Shown here: positions 20,161 to 30,872 of the stretch, one piece after another | How the letters are laid out: each line of letters starts with the position of its first letter | How positions within the stretch are numbered: the stretch's first letter is position 1 | NCBI GenBank assembly: GCA_965218095.1 | Contig: OZ244587.1 | Span: 5,344,001 to 5,408,000 of the forward strand | Source: Candidatus Poribacteria bacterium | Lineage (GTDB): Bacteria; Poribacteria; WGA-4E; PCPOR2b | DNA length: 64,000 nt | Reading direction: 5' to 3' | Made by a program: the position numbers and the translations under genes | Notes under the pieces: model-generated | The model's database searches: none | What the model was told of the DNA's origin: nothing | The model's input: the letters and a program-made list of their open reading frames with translations, nothing else

Positions 20161-20558
20161 GAATTTCTGAGGGTGATTTTGTATATTGCGATCCGCCTTA
20201 CGTCGGGAGACACGTTGATTACTTCGATAGCTGGAACGAAGAGAGTGAACGACAACTGTTCACAATTCTGAGTCAGTGTCCTTGCAGGTTTATTTTGTCA
20301 ACTTGGCATAGTAACCGGCACCGAGAAAATGCCTTTCTTCGCACGCTGTGGTCAAGATTTAACATCTTGACTAAGGAACACTTCTACCACGTTGGCGCAA
20401 AGGAAGCCAATAGAAAGCCCATACTTGAGGCATTGGTGATGAATTTTGCTCCCAAACACTTACATGAAGAACCAATTGAACGACCTGAACAGTTGATGCT
20501 TCTCGAAAAGGTAGCTGAATATCAGACTCTAACTGACCTGCCTAGCAGAGATGGTTAG
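20161..20558 (+). pseudogene. C-terminal part of a Dam/D12-class adenine methyltransferase, fused in frame to the REase tail
   Basis: [10 protein letters not shown] motif IV, then FILSTW and EALVMNF; the SAM-binding motif I and TRD are missing. Confidence 0.8.
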
Positions 20559-20712
20559 ATTAGAGAACATCCCGCCATTAACCAAAGGAGGTCGTCAAAA
20601 CTGTGTCACCGCAGCCACCAGTCCTTAATTTACTTACATCGTTTAGGGAATTGACGCATTTTGGGATTCGTGATATAGTTATCCTATGAACAACCTTTAA
20701 GGAGAGAACCAC

Positions 20713-21717
20713 ATGCAACCTTTTCTCGATTCAACAGATGTTGTGAATAACGAATTTGAACTGCAGAAGCGTGCACAGCGAGATGGATACCTGTTCATCC
20801 GTGGGTTATTGCCCGCTGATGTGCTGGAAAGTCTGCGGATGCAGTGTCTTGAGATTGCGCGTAAGGCGGGTTGGGTCAAGACTGACACGCCGCTGCAAGA
20901 CGCCATCGCAGACCTGAACGGGTTTTGCGTCGAGCCAGAATCGTACATGCAGGTATATAACCACATGTACAAACTTCAGGAGTTTCACGCGCTGCAGCAT
21001 CATCCGAACCTCATTGGGTTGATTGAGGGGATACTGGGTGAACCTGTGATGCCACACGCACGAATCATCGGGCGGACAATCTTCCCACAACGCGAAGTGT
21101 TCACCACTCCGCCGCACCAGGACTTCATCCCCATCCAGGGTACGGCTGAGACCTACACCGCATGGATACCACTGAGCAACCTCCCACCGGAATTAGGCGG
21201 ACTTCAGATTGCGTCCGGCTCGCATCGGCACGGCGTCTACGAATTTCGTCCCGCGATGGGCGCCGGTGGTATGGAAGTCATTGACCCACTCGAAGGTACC
21301 TGGGTGAACAATCCGCTCAAGCGGGGAGACGCCCTTATCTTTCACAGTATGACTGTGCACAAGGGTGTGTCCAACACCAGCAACCGGCTGCGCATGTCGA
21401 TCGACGCCCGGTACCAGAAAATCAGCGATCCGATTGCGCCGGGCAGCCTTCTGCCGCATGGCCAACTGAGCACATGGGAAGAGATTTACGCCGATTGGCC
21501 GTCCACCGATTTGCAGTACTACTGGCGTAAATGGGATATGCAGATCAAGGAATACGACAACAGCTTTCACGAAAAACGAGACCGTCTGGCGTTTGAGATG
21601 GCTGAGAATGGTGACAACCGCGCGATTTCCGTGCTTCAGCGGATTATCGCCCGCGATGCGGATCCGGACAAGCGCAAGAAGGCGGTAGATCTGCTCACCA
21701 CGCTTGAGGCATCGTAA
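20713..21717 (+). CDS. Phytanoyl-CoA dioxygenase family protein
   Basis: RDGYLFIRG, TTPPHQD, AWIPL, GGLQIASGSH, GDALIFHSMTVH, RMSIDARYQ. Confidence 0.9.
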   Translation: MQPFLDSTDVVNNEFELQKRAQRDGYLFIRGLLPADVLESLRMQCLEIARKAGWVKTDTPLQDAIADLNGFCVEPESYMQVYNHMYKLQEFHALQHHPNLIGLIEGILGEPVMPHARIIGRTIFPQREVFTTPPHQDFIPIQGTAETYTAWIPLSNLPPELGGLQIASGSHRHGVYEFRPAMGAGGMEVIDPLEGTWVNNPLKRGDALIFHSMTVHKGVSNTSNRLRMSIDARYQKISDPIAPGSLLPHGQLSTWEEIYADWPSTDLQYYWRKWDMQIKEYDNSFHEKRDRLAFEMAENGDNRAISVLQRIIARDADPDKRKKAVDLLTTLEAS

Positions 21718-21754
21718 AATCCGTCACGATACGAGTTTGTCATTTGCGCACAAA

Positions 21755-21958
21755 ATGGTTCGGGACGAAACGCAGGCCGCAGAAGTTCGTGAAAAGATTA
21801 TGAAGAAATATGGCCTAAAGACGATACCGCCTTTCCGCTGCGATTTCCGTGATCCTTGGGGTAATCGCATTCAGGTTGTTGACATGCACGACGGATCGAC
21901 AGCGTGGCTTCAGTCCTACGAGGAGGTTCAAAAGGTTGGAGCAAAGCTACCGGATTAG
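21755..21958 (+). pseudogene. C-terminal remnant of a VOC/glyoxalase family protein
   Basis: ..CDFRDPWGNRIQVV is the VOC C-terminal motif; the N-terminal half is absent. Confidence 0.55.
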
Positions 21959-21989
21959 TGATTTATTTTTTACGGACGTAGGATTGGTA

Positions 21990-22021
21990 GACCTAACAGG
22001 TTTTAGAAACCTGTTAGGTCT
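21990..22021. repeat. Hairpin repeat / possible terminator
   Basis: gacctaacaggtt-ttaga-aacctgttaggtc inverted repeat. Confidence 0.55.
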
Positions 22022-22067
22022 GGCCCTCCGGTCAACAGAGTATGGCGTAAATAGGAGATAATAACCG

Positions 22068-22997
22068 ATGACCGACTACCGTTTCAAAATTGGGATGGAC
22101 CTTCAAATGACAGGCTTGCCTTTCGACGAGGCGCTTGCCCTTGCGGAGGAGCTCGGTGCGGCGTACGGATGGTTCGGCGACCTGCACTGGGCGATCGATG
22201 GCGGGATAACCGATGCCGCCATTGATGGGATAGGCAAGCGTGTTGCCCAGCATGGGGTCAAGCTGTTCATGATCGGCGCTGGAGGTGCTTTTAGCAAACT
22301 TCACCTAGCAGATCTGGAACTGGAAAGGCTACAAGATCATCCGGAGTTTCGCACGGACTTCAACCACCTCATTGAAACCATGCTTGCTGCCAACCAACTC
22401 GGTGTGGATTCGGTGTTGGCTTATACCTTCGCCTGGCCCGGCGAATACTCTGCCGGCAAGCCCACCTGGCCGATGCGGTGGCTCACGCGAGGCGGCGTCA
22501 TCGCCGATGTTGACATGGAGAAGCTGGCCAAGGTGTTCTCCCTCGTGGTGGAGCAGGCTGAGAAGTACGACATTGATGTTGTACTTGGCAATCTGCCCTG
22601 GCACTACACCAACACCACCAGTCACTGTCGCGCTTTGGTTGAGCGAGTCGGCTCCAAGCGAATCAAGATTATGTGGCACCCGTCCGACAACCTGACCTCC
22701 GGCGAGTTAGATTCGGCGACAGCGGGCTTCATTAACGTGCGCCCCTACCTCCATTCGCTTCATGTGAAAGATCTGCGTGTCCTCGACGGCCCGAAGTGCA
22801 ATTTCGAGTACTGTCCCCTGGGCGAAGGTGACGTCGACTACCTGACTGTGCTGCGAAATCTCCACGACCACCACTGTGATGTGGTTTTTGCAGTCGCCAC
22901 GCACTTCCTACCACCTGGCGGTTCTGGGGCAGACGCGATGCGAATCAATTTTGCCAATCTCAAGCCCCTCATCAAACAGGTGGAGGCAGGTGGGTAA
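22068..22997 (+). CDS. Sugar-phosphate isomerase/epimerase family TIM-barrel protein (paralog of 90-1025)
   Basis: Shares MTDYRFK and TFAWPGEY.AGKPTWPMRWLTRGGVIADVDMEKL with 90-1025. Confidence 0.85.
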   Translation: MTDYRFKIGMDLQMTGLPFDEALALAEELGAAYGWFGDLHWAIDGGITDAAIDGIGKRVAQHGVKLFMIGAGGAFSKLHLADLELERLQDHPEFRTDFNHLIETMLAANQLGVDSVLAYTFAWPGEYSAGKPTWPMRWLTRGGVIADVDMEKLAKVFSLVVEQAEKYDIDVVLGNLPWHYTNTTSHCRALVERVGSKRIKIMWHPSDNLTSGELDSATAGFINVRPYLHSLHVKDLRVLDGPKCNFEYCPLGEGDVDYLTVLRNLHDHHCDVVFAVATHFLPPGGSGADAMRINFANLKPLIKQVEAGG

Positions 22998-23201
22998 TCC
23001 TGAAATCAACATTATTGTCATCCTGAGCTCCGATTTGTGATTGGGATAAACTGCGGGAAGGATCTCCTTTGCCAAAGACTCTTCGGTTTGCTCAGATGCC
23101 CCGATGGATCGGGATTTCGCTTCGCTCAACTTGCATCCCGATCCATCGGGGGTGACATTTTAACGCACGATTTGTGCAAAATTTCCGTTAAGGAGGATAC
23201 G

Positions 23202-24251
23202 ATGGCAAAACAACTGAACATCGCGATCATCGGCTGCGGTGGGATTAGTAACTCCCACATGCCTAACATCCTGAAGACACCGGAGATGCATCTCGTTGCA
23301 ACGATGGATGTCATCGAAGAAGCTGTACGCAGTGATGGACGGCGGATTGGTGCGCGCGTGCGTGCCGAGGAGGGCGCCGCTGAATACTACACAACCAACC
23401 TGGACCGCGTACTCTCGGACCCCAACATCGATGCGGTGCTGATCTGTTCAACTCACGACACCCACGCTGATATAGCGGTCAAAGCCTGTGCCGCAGGCAA
23501 ACATGTCTTCTCAGAGAAGCCGCTGGCAATGACACTTGATGAGGCGAGGCGTGTCCAAAAGGCCGTCCATGAGTCAGGCGTGCAGCTTATGAGCGGGTGG
23601 TGGTTCAAGCACTCGCCGGTAACCAGGCGGTTACGCGAGGTCATCCGTCAGCCATACTATATCCTCTTCACCTGTCGTGTTTCGTATGAAAAACCCAACG
23701 ACCCCGAGGGCCCATACGGCCGTAGCGGTATTCTTGACAACTCGGGATACAACCTCTACTGGATCTGGTACGTCATGCGCTCGCAGCCGGTGGAGGTGTT
23801 TGCCATGGGCCACGACGGGCAACCCACAAACACCAGCACAATCGTTATTCGCTTCGCCAACGGTGGGACTGGGACTTCTGTTTTCAGCACCGTCGGCAGT
23901 GGCGGCATTCTCCCCAAGCATTATGCCGAAGTCCTGGCTGGCCCGGTGAGCGCGGCCACGGTTCGCTTCGGAAACCTTGTGTTCCAAGGAACTGACGAAC
24001 CCGGCATCGAGAAGAACGAATATCACAACGGCTTCGACGAGGAAATGGGTATGTTCGCCCGACTGTGCTTGGAAGGTAGCCCCAATCCAATGGACGCTTG
24101 GGAAGCCTCGGTGCCGACGTTGATCTTCGAGAAGGCGCTTGAATCAATGCGCACGCATCAGCCTGTGCCCGTCAACATCCAGGACGAATTCTATCTCCCT
24201 GATGGCAAGTTGCCAGCCAGCATTGAGAGCTTTGGTGATGTGAAGAAATAG
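23202..24251 (+). CDS. Gfo/Idh/MocA family oxidoreductase
   Basis: IAIIGCGGI, AGKHVFSEKPLA; ATG 23202 follows AAGGAGG. Confidence 0.88.
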   Translation: MAKQLNIAIIGCGGISNSHMPNILKTPEMHLVATMDVIEEAVRSDGRRIGARVRAEEGAAEYYTTNLDRVLSDPNIDAVLICSTHDTHADIAVKACAAGKHVFSEKPLAMTLDEARRVQKAVHESGVQLMSGWWFKHSPVTRRLREVIRQPYYILFTCRVSYEKPNDPEGPYGRSGILDNSGYNLYWIWYVMRSQPVEVFAMGHDGQPTNTSTIVIRFANGGTGTSVFSTVGSGGILPKHYAEVLAGPVSAATVRFGNLVFQGTDEPGIEKNEYHNGFDEEMGMFARLCLEGSPNPMDAWEASVPTLIFEKALESMRTHQPVPVNIQDEFYLPDGKLPASIESFGDVKK

Positions 24252-24421
24252 GGGACATTTCGTAAATCCGCATCCAGTACACTGTCACACTTAAACTGAC
24301 AGATTCGTTTTCAGAGCCTGACAAGCGCATCCTTGAGAAGCAGCATCAACCAAACGTGATATGTATTGCGTGTTGGGCGCTTGTGGAGTGCAAAATTCGA
24401 TGAGCTCGATCCATTGATGCC

Positions 24422-25316
24422 CTAATCCGTTTCTTGCGATGGAATTAATCCTTCAAGTTCCGCTTGCGTGAACCCCGTCACTTGTATAATTGTTTGCATC
24501 GGCACTTGCTGTTGAATGAGTTTTCTGGCAACTTCGATTCCGCTGCTTGCTTGCCTTCTTCTATCCCTTCTGCCCGACCTGCTGCTATCCCCTTTTCCAT
24601 GCCTTCTTGCTCTGCGGCTTGCCTTTCCGCATAAGCAATTCGCACCCGGTCCAGGCTTCTCTCATAATGATACTGTTCCGCCTCCGACATCGCCGCTATT
24701 TCGGCAATTTCAAATGCTGCCCGAAATGGTTCATCAGATAGTTCTTCAGGAATACGGCGGAGATCCGGCAGATGCTTCAGGAAATAGATTATTTATCCCG
24801 ACGGGTCTCCAATTGGCTCAATTCAAGATGAAATTTGCTTAACTCAAGAGTGACAAATGTCAGTTTATCATAATAGATGTCGCCCGTGAGGATGTCGCTC
24901 AATTTGGCGAAATGAATAAACTGATCATTGGCAATCAGATCAAAATCCAGAACACCAAGACAGTAAATCGGCTGTAGCTCATAATTTCATTCTCCTTTCT
25001 GCGCTTGTTGAGCGATTGGAAATGAACTGTAATACACCAACCGATCTTTTAAAAAGCTTTGGCTTCTTTTCTGCATTTCGATGACAAACCGCTGTCCACG
25101 CTCGTCGACACAATGGAGATCGTAAATGCCGATCCGCTCATCAGGCCGACCGGGCATCTGTTCAAAGGGTAAAAAGGAGATTTTCGCAATTTGGGCTTCC
25201 AATTCCAGCAGATTAAACAGAAAGCTCTTCAAGACGATCTTGCTCTCCTCACTGGCGAATAGTTTCTTAAAACCGTAATCGGTTGTGGGGGCCATGTACC
25301 TTGAGTGGTAAAGCAT
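24422..25316 (-). pseudogene. Rpn-family recombination-promoting nuclease / PD-(D/E)XK putative transposase, frameshifted
   Basis: PTTDYGFKKLF, IYDLHC, FVIEMQ, C-terminal EGMEKG..GRAEGIEEGK; stop at 24987 and several frameshifts. Confidence 0.85.
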
Positions 25317-25373
25317 AATAACCTCCTGATGCGTAATGTGTAAATGAATCCTTTACCCATTGCCTCCTGGGAA

Positions 25374-26555
25374 TCACTGTTTATAGGCATCCAGAATTTC
25401 CGCCTTAACCACTTCGACCTCCTCTTCCTCCCGCCCGACAAACACCGCCGCGAAGATTCGATCGTTTTGAAAATATCGAGCGGTAAAGGTGTTCTCGGCG
25501 AGTTCATCCGTGAAGTCAACACGATCCGGTCGCAAGTCAAAATCCCCAACAAACTCAAACTCCAGATCAAAGAGATCGCTGAAAAAGTAGGGCAACTCGC
25601 GGTAAGGCTGGTGTTCACCTGCCATATTTGCGCCGGCGACTTCGCCGTGTCCCTTTGCGGTGTCCCAATGTTCGACGCGGCGACGCTTGTTGAAGATAAC
25701 ATCTTGATACCATGCAATATCTCCGGCGGCGTATACACCGGCGAGGTCGGTTTCCAAATATTCGTCCACGGGGATGCCATTGTCCCCTTCCAGCGGCGTC
25801 CCTTTGACCAGCGTGAGGTCTGGGCGAACACCGATGCCGAGTGCGACCATATCAGCCGTCAATTCCTCTCCAGATTTCAAGACGACTGTCTCCACTTTTC
25901 CACTCCCCCGGAACTCTGCGACTTGTGAACGATTCATCAAGGTGATTCCCTTTGAGCGGTAGTAATCCGCCAGCCATTGAGAGATTTCTGGACTCAGCAT
26001 CTGCTCCCACGGGTGTTCTTCCATGTAAACCAGCGTCACGTCCAACTCACGCTGCTGAAATGCCGACGCGAGTTCGAGTCCAATGAACCCTCCACCGACA
26101 ACAACGACCTGCTCTGCAACTTCGCTCGCTTTGATCAAAGCGTCGGAGTCGGGAATTGCGCGGAGGAAGTAAAGCTCTTCCAGATCTGAGCCAGGGACGT
26201 TGAGTTTGATTAACGCTGCGCCTGTCGCCAGAAGGAGTTTTTCGTAAGCGATAATTTCACCTGTTGAAAGGGTTACGGTTCGATTGTTGAGATCGAGTCC
26301 TCTTGCTTGCACACCGCCGCGGAAGGTGACGTTATTTTCGTCATACCAATCTTCCTCATGATGGTATGTATCCGATGGCTCCCAATCCCCTTCGATGAGA
26401 TAGCCTTTTGAAAGCGGGGGACGGTGATAGGGGAAATAGGCTTCGCTGCTAATGATTGCGACTGAACCCTGCGGGTCGTGTTCACGAATGCTCTCCGCAG
26501 CACATGCCGATGCAAGTCCACCACCGATAAGCAGGTATTGCGTCTTTTCTGCCAT
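25374..26555 (-). CDS. FAD-dependent pyridine nucleotide-disulfide oxidoreductase (ferredoxin reductase-like)
   Basis: GGGLA, PYHRPPLSK, LLLATG, VGGGFIGLE, YAAGDIA, RVEHW, PYFFSD. Confidence 0.92.
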   Translation of the reverse strand: MAEKTQYLLIGGGLASACAAESIREHDPQGSVAIISSEAYFPYHRPPLSKGYLIEGDWEPSDTYHHEEDWYDENNVTFRGGVQARGLDLNNRTVTLSTGEIIAYEKLLLATGAALIKLNVPGSDLEELYFLRAIPDSDALIKASEVAEQVVVVGGGFIGLELASAFQQRELDVTLVYMEEHPWEQMLSPEISQWLADYYRSKGITLMNRSQVAEFRGSGKVETVVLKSGEELTADMVALGIGVRPDLTLVKGTPLEGDNGIPVDEYLETDLAGVYAAGDIAWYQDVIFNKRRRVEHWDTAKGHGEVAGANMAGEHQPYRELPYFFSDLFDLEFEFVGDFDLRPDRVDFTDELAENTFTARYFQNDRIFAAVFVGREEEEVEVVKAEILDAYKQ

Positions 26556-26655
26556 TTTGAGACCTCCTTTTTTGTGAAACGGGATGCGTAAAACGGAGAA
26601 ATGAAATTGCGGGAAACGTATTGCCTTCGGTTTCTTTCTCTTTACATTTTACGCT

Positions 26656-29379
26656 TTACGCCTCAGGTTTGACGTGCGTCTCTAAAATTAACTGCGTCCC
26701 ATCCTCTCGTGCCAGCGTCTCGAAGAAATGTTTCGCTGTAGGATAATCTTCAGGGGGGATGATCGGATCTTTGAGCGTAAAATTGAGTGTGTAATGGATT
26801 TGATTTCCTTCCAGTTTGTACCGGCGATTCATGCTGGCGAAGCTGTGTTCAAGACAAACATGGTCTGGCAGCACTGCCGTCCACCCTTCCGGCAGAGTAA
26901 TCCGTATCGTCTTCTCCATCTGCATGGGGTAACTCAGATCAAGAAGAGATTTTCGTTCAGCCGCTGCAAAAATCTCCGCGTAGTCCGCAAACTCGTCGTT
27001 CGGAAGCGGCAACAGCATGTGAGCATCAATCTGCTTGGCGTAGTTCCCGACAGTAAAGGTGATGTCAATCTGAGCAGGTACATTGAGATCATTGAGGTCG
27101 GAAATCTGCACCTGATCGATTCGGACGCCGGGAAACTGCTTGCTAAGTTCAACGGCGAAGGTATCTTTCCACGCGCTCGGAGACACCTGCTTGTACTCCA
27201 ATCGGGCTTCCAAATTGTACTGCCCGCCCGTGTCAATCCGCATTCTCCCTTGAATAGATCCATCTGCGTCGAGTGTGATTTCCGTATTGACGATTAGCCG
27301 ATTGGATTCAGGTGGAGAAGCGGGAATATCGACAAATTCGCCCCGATCATTTCGGATAACGAAGCCTTTACGCCCTCCATCCCTGGCAGGGAGCTCGCCG
27401 TAGGCGCACGTTTCGGAGGTCGGATCCAGCCAGATATAGCCTCCATCGTCTCGGGGGATTGCGGCGATCAGATGGCTGAACTGTCCAAGCGACGGGAGTT
27501 CAAGGTCAACCCGTTCATACGGTGCAGGGTTGAGCATCACCGGAAACGCTTCGATACCAACGAGATCGAGCATCGCGATCATCAGGGTCGTTTTGTCCTT
27601 GCAGTCGCCGTATCGGACCTTGAGCACTTGATCGGCTGGCGAGGGTTGATATGCGCCTTGACCGAGTTCGATTCCCACGTAGCGGATCTGTGATGTAACG
27701 AAGTGATAGATCTCCCGAATCTTATCCTCATTTGTGATGAGAGATGTGGTGAGTCGCTGCACCGTTTCTTCGATGGCTTCATCGACAGTGTATCGATCTT
27801 TTGCGAGGTCTTTGTACCAATTGTAAACGGCGTCCCAAGATTCCACAGACGAATAGCTCAAGCGTGGGATGATATCGTTGATCGGCGGCATATTGTACTC
27901 CTCCTTGAGCCCCAGCGTTTCGCCATAGGTCCAAAGATAGGTGCTCGTCGCTTCCTCGTGAAGCACCTGCGGATTGAGTTTGCAATTGACCGCCTTCCAC
28001 CGAAATTTCGTATCTTTGGGGACACGCAGCGCATAGTTGGATTGGAGGGTAGGGTCTGTAGATTGCAAACTGAATCCCCCCCAAAACCATGTTGTACTCC
28101 CGACCAATTCGGCGCCTGCATCTTCAAGCGTGACCTGATATTCAATGCACACCCCTGGTTTCAGCGCAGGCATTGAAATAACCCGCCACATCGAATCCGA
28201 ATAGAGATTGTAAGAGAGCAGCCCCGGCGGAGTGACATCATTGAACGCCTCATCGAGCGGTTCAACGACGGCGCCATCGGGCAGAATAGTTCGCGCAACA
28301 TTGAGACCAATATGCTGTGCGGTGGGATTGTATGGGATTGCAATGTCATCATACTGTTGTACGCCCCGCTCCGTGAAGATCTTGACCACTTGGTGCGAGG
28401 TGTAGCGAGACTGCCCCGTCGGCAGCACCTCGTGGCTAAACTGGTTGAGCAGAATGAGCACGTCCGCATCCGGGTAATCTGAGGCATCGGGGGCTTGGGT
28501 AATGATCGTGTCTATATTGATGTCGATCAGATCCACCGGCGGAATGTCGGCAGATCTCACGACAAATCGATCCAATTGTGCGAGGGCCTGGAGGCGCGTG
28601 GGAGCAAGCAGATTTTGCGGATCGACCTCCAGGATTTTGTGGTATTGCAGTTGCGCCTCGTAGTAATGTCCGTGGTCTTCGTAGAGGGCGGCGAGGTTTT
28701 GACGCGCCCATATATCTTTCGGGAAAAGCCGAACCGATTCTCGAAACTCTGCAATTGCTTCGCCAATATCTCCCCTTCCCAGGTAAATCAAACCAAGATA
28801 GTTATGCAGATTTTTGCTTTCAGGTCGCGCAGACTTTGGATCGATTTCCAACGCTTTTCGTAATACCTGCTCGGCGTCGTCGAGCAGGTGGAGTTGCTTG
28901 TAAGCCAATCCGAGGTGGTTGAGGGCGTACAGGTTACGCGGATCCAGCTTCAAAGCCTCTTCGTACTCCCGTGCTGCGGCTTCGTGTTTGTTCAGATTCT
29001 CGTAGATATAGCCCAGATAATTGCGAGCGTTGATATTTTGGGGTTCAAGTTTCACCAACGCAACGAAAGCGTCACGTGCATTTTCGTACTCTTGCTGTTG
29101 GAAGTAGAGCTCGGCGATTTTGAGCTGAACGTTACTCGAATTTGGCTTGATCGCCAGTGCGGCTTGATAGGCTTTGAGGGCGCGGTCTAAATCCTGATTC
29201 TGGAGCGCCAAATTTCCCACCTCGATCTGTTCCCGCCACTGTTTGTTTCGCTCGACCAGCGGATCGACAATCTCCTTTTCAGAGGATGGTCCTCGGGTGA
29301 AGATTGAACAGCCACTCAGTAGCAGTAGCATAGTGATGAGTGGGATGCTTTGTCTGAAACGTTGGATTTTCATGGTCAT
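26656..29379 (-). CDS. Lipoprotein with TPR repeats, DUF3857, transglutaminase-like and DUF3858-like domains
   Basis: LSGC lipobox, TPRs in the first ~270 aa, IRYVGIELG, GDCKDK (Cys), FSHLIA (His), WLDPT (Asp). Confidence 0.85.
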   Translation of the reverse strand: MTMKIQRFRQSIPLITMLLLLSGCSIFTRGPSSEKEIVDPLVERNKQWREQIEVGNLALQNQDLDRALKAYQAALAIKPNSSNVQLKIAELYFQQQEYENARDAFVALVKLEPQNINARNYLGYIYENLNKHEAAAREYEEALKLDPRNLYALNHLGLAYKQLHLLDDAEQVLRKALEIDPKSARPESKNLHNYLGLIYLGRGDIGEAIAEFRESVRLFPKDIWARQNLAALYEDHGHYYEAQLQYHKILEVDPQNLLAPTRLQALAQLDRFVVRSADIPPVDLIDINIDTIITQAPDASDYPDADVLILLNQFSHEVLPTGQSRYTSHQVVKIFTERGVQQYDDIAIPYNPTAQHIGLNVARTILPDGAVVEPLDEAFNDVTPPGLLSYNLYSDSMWRVISMPALKPGVCIEYQVTLEDAGAELVGSTTWFWGGFSLQSTDPTLQSNYALRVPKDTKFRWKAVNCKLNPQVLHEEATSTYLWTYGETLGLKEEYNMPPINDIIPRLSYSSVESWDAVYNWYKDLAKDRYTVDEAIEETVQRLTTSLITNEDKIREIYHFVTSQIRYVGIELGQGAYQPSPADQVLKVRYGDCKDKTTLMIAMLDLVGIEAFPVMLNPAPYERVDLELPSLGQFSHLIAAIPRDDGGYIWLDPTSETCAYGELPARDGGRKGFVIRNDRGEFVDIPASPPESNRLIVNTEITLDADGSIQGRMRIDTGGQYNLEARLEYKQVSPSAWKDTFAVELSKQFPGVRIDQVQISDLNDLNVPAQIDITFTVGNYAKQIDAHMLLPLPNDEFADYAEIFAAAERKSLLDLSYPMQMEKTIRITLPEGWTAVLPDHVCLEHSFASMNRRYKLEGNQIHYTLNFTLKDPIIPPEDYPTAKHFFETLAREDGTQLILETHVKPEA

Positions 29380-29561
29380 TCTCCTTGTATAATATGTTTC
29401 AGTTGGTGTGTTGTGTATTGCGTCAGATGATTTGCAGATTTAACCTGAGTTGCCGTGCGCCATGTTGACAGAGGTAGGGGAGATAGGGTATAGCACGGAT
29501 AATTGGAATGAACGGATCTATACCGACATTGAGCAAATGTTAACGATTTACCACCGCTGAT

Positions 29562-30778
29562 CTATATTTTCGGTGCCATCATGTCGGCGAGCATCTGATC
29601 GGTGATGTGGTGACCGAGGACGAAGATCTTCCGGCCGGCGTACCAGAAGATGCGCACTCCGTTGTGCTCGGTGAGGCTGGCGTACATGGAAAGCCATTTC
29701 CAGCAGTGAGGGAAAACGCCGACGTTTCGTGTGTCGAAAATCAGCTTCGGCTCACTGAACCACACGGGCTGATGGGCATTCGTCCGAAATTCGCCAACCA
29801 CAAAGAATTGGGGACGGCGGTTGTTGAGGTCCATGGGACCGTGGCCGCCGTAACCGTAGCCATTGTGGTTCTGCATAAACAGCAGAAAGCGCCCGTCATT
29901 GAGGCGGAACATCGGCGAGGGTGCCACCGGATTGAGCACCGGGTCGCCGTCATCTTTGAAGCGTAGCATTTCGATTAGGCGAAAGTGGCGCCCATCATCG
30001 TCTGAGACGGTGTACTAGATCTGCCCATTGGCGGTGTGCATCACCGTACCAGGTCTTCATCGTCAGGTAAGAATGTCATTTCAACATCCTTTGGGTCAGG
30101 TCCCTTGTCCATGTTGTTGTAGCGGATAAACTCGCAACGACATTCAAGGAAACTCTTGTCCTTGGAAGGTGGTTTAACGTAGGCAGCGGTCGAGCGCGTC
30201 AGCGGGACAATCTGGCGCCCCTTTGCGTCTCGGATCGGTTTCTGCCAGACGATGCATCGGCTCAACACCCTCGGATCGAGATGATCGAACTTGCTGCGAC
30301 GGTAGGGAATGTCAACGCCGCCGTCTATCCAGGTATGACCGTCATCATCGGAGTACTTGCAGTGCATGATGGCATTGATAAAGCCTTCACCAATGCCGGG
30401 CGCAAAGTTGTAAAACACATAAATGCGCCCCGACTTGCTCATCACGGGCCAACCACAATTGCAGTACGTCCCCAATTTCTGCGGCGCGGCGATCGCCGTG
30501 GGCGCAGTCCAGGTGAGGCCGTCGTCTGTGCTGCGCACACACACAACCGAATAATCAGAAACGTCTTGCCGGGTTGCCATCGTCCACACAGCCAAGAGTT
30601 CCCCACCCGGTGTCACGTCTACGAGCACATGGTCGTTGGCTTCAGCGGCATGCGGCGGCTGGACCGGCAGATAGACAACTACGTCAGGTTCGGTGCGCGT
30701 CCAGTCATCACTAAAGCAGGGATACTGCCCGACAGCCGGTTTGTTCCTGGGTGATTGCGGTTGATTATTTTCGTTCAT
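29562..30778 (-). pseudogene. BNR/Asp-box sialidase-like protein, disrupted
   Basis: Asp boxes STDDGLTW, SDDDGHTW and SDDDGRHF; split into 30041-30778 and 29562-29969, with a frameshift and an in-frame TAG between them. Confidence 0.75.
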
Positions 30779-30872
30779 AAGATATCTCCGTTAAATTATC
30801 CTGGAGTCTCCTGCCTTTGATGATCATTTGTAGAGAGGTCAACACCCCATAGGCTTTCTGGAGTGCAAAAAT

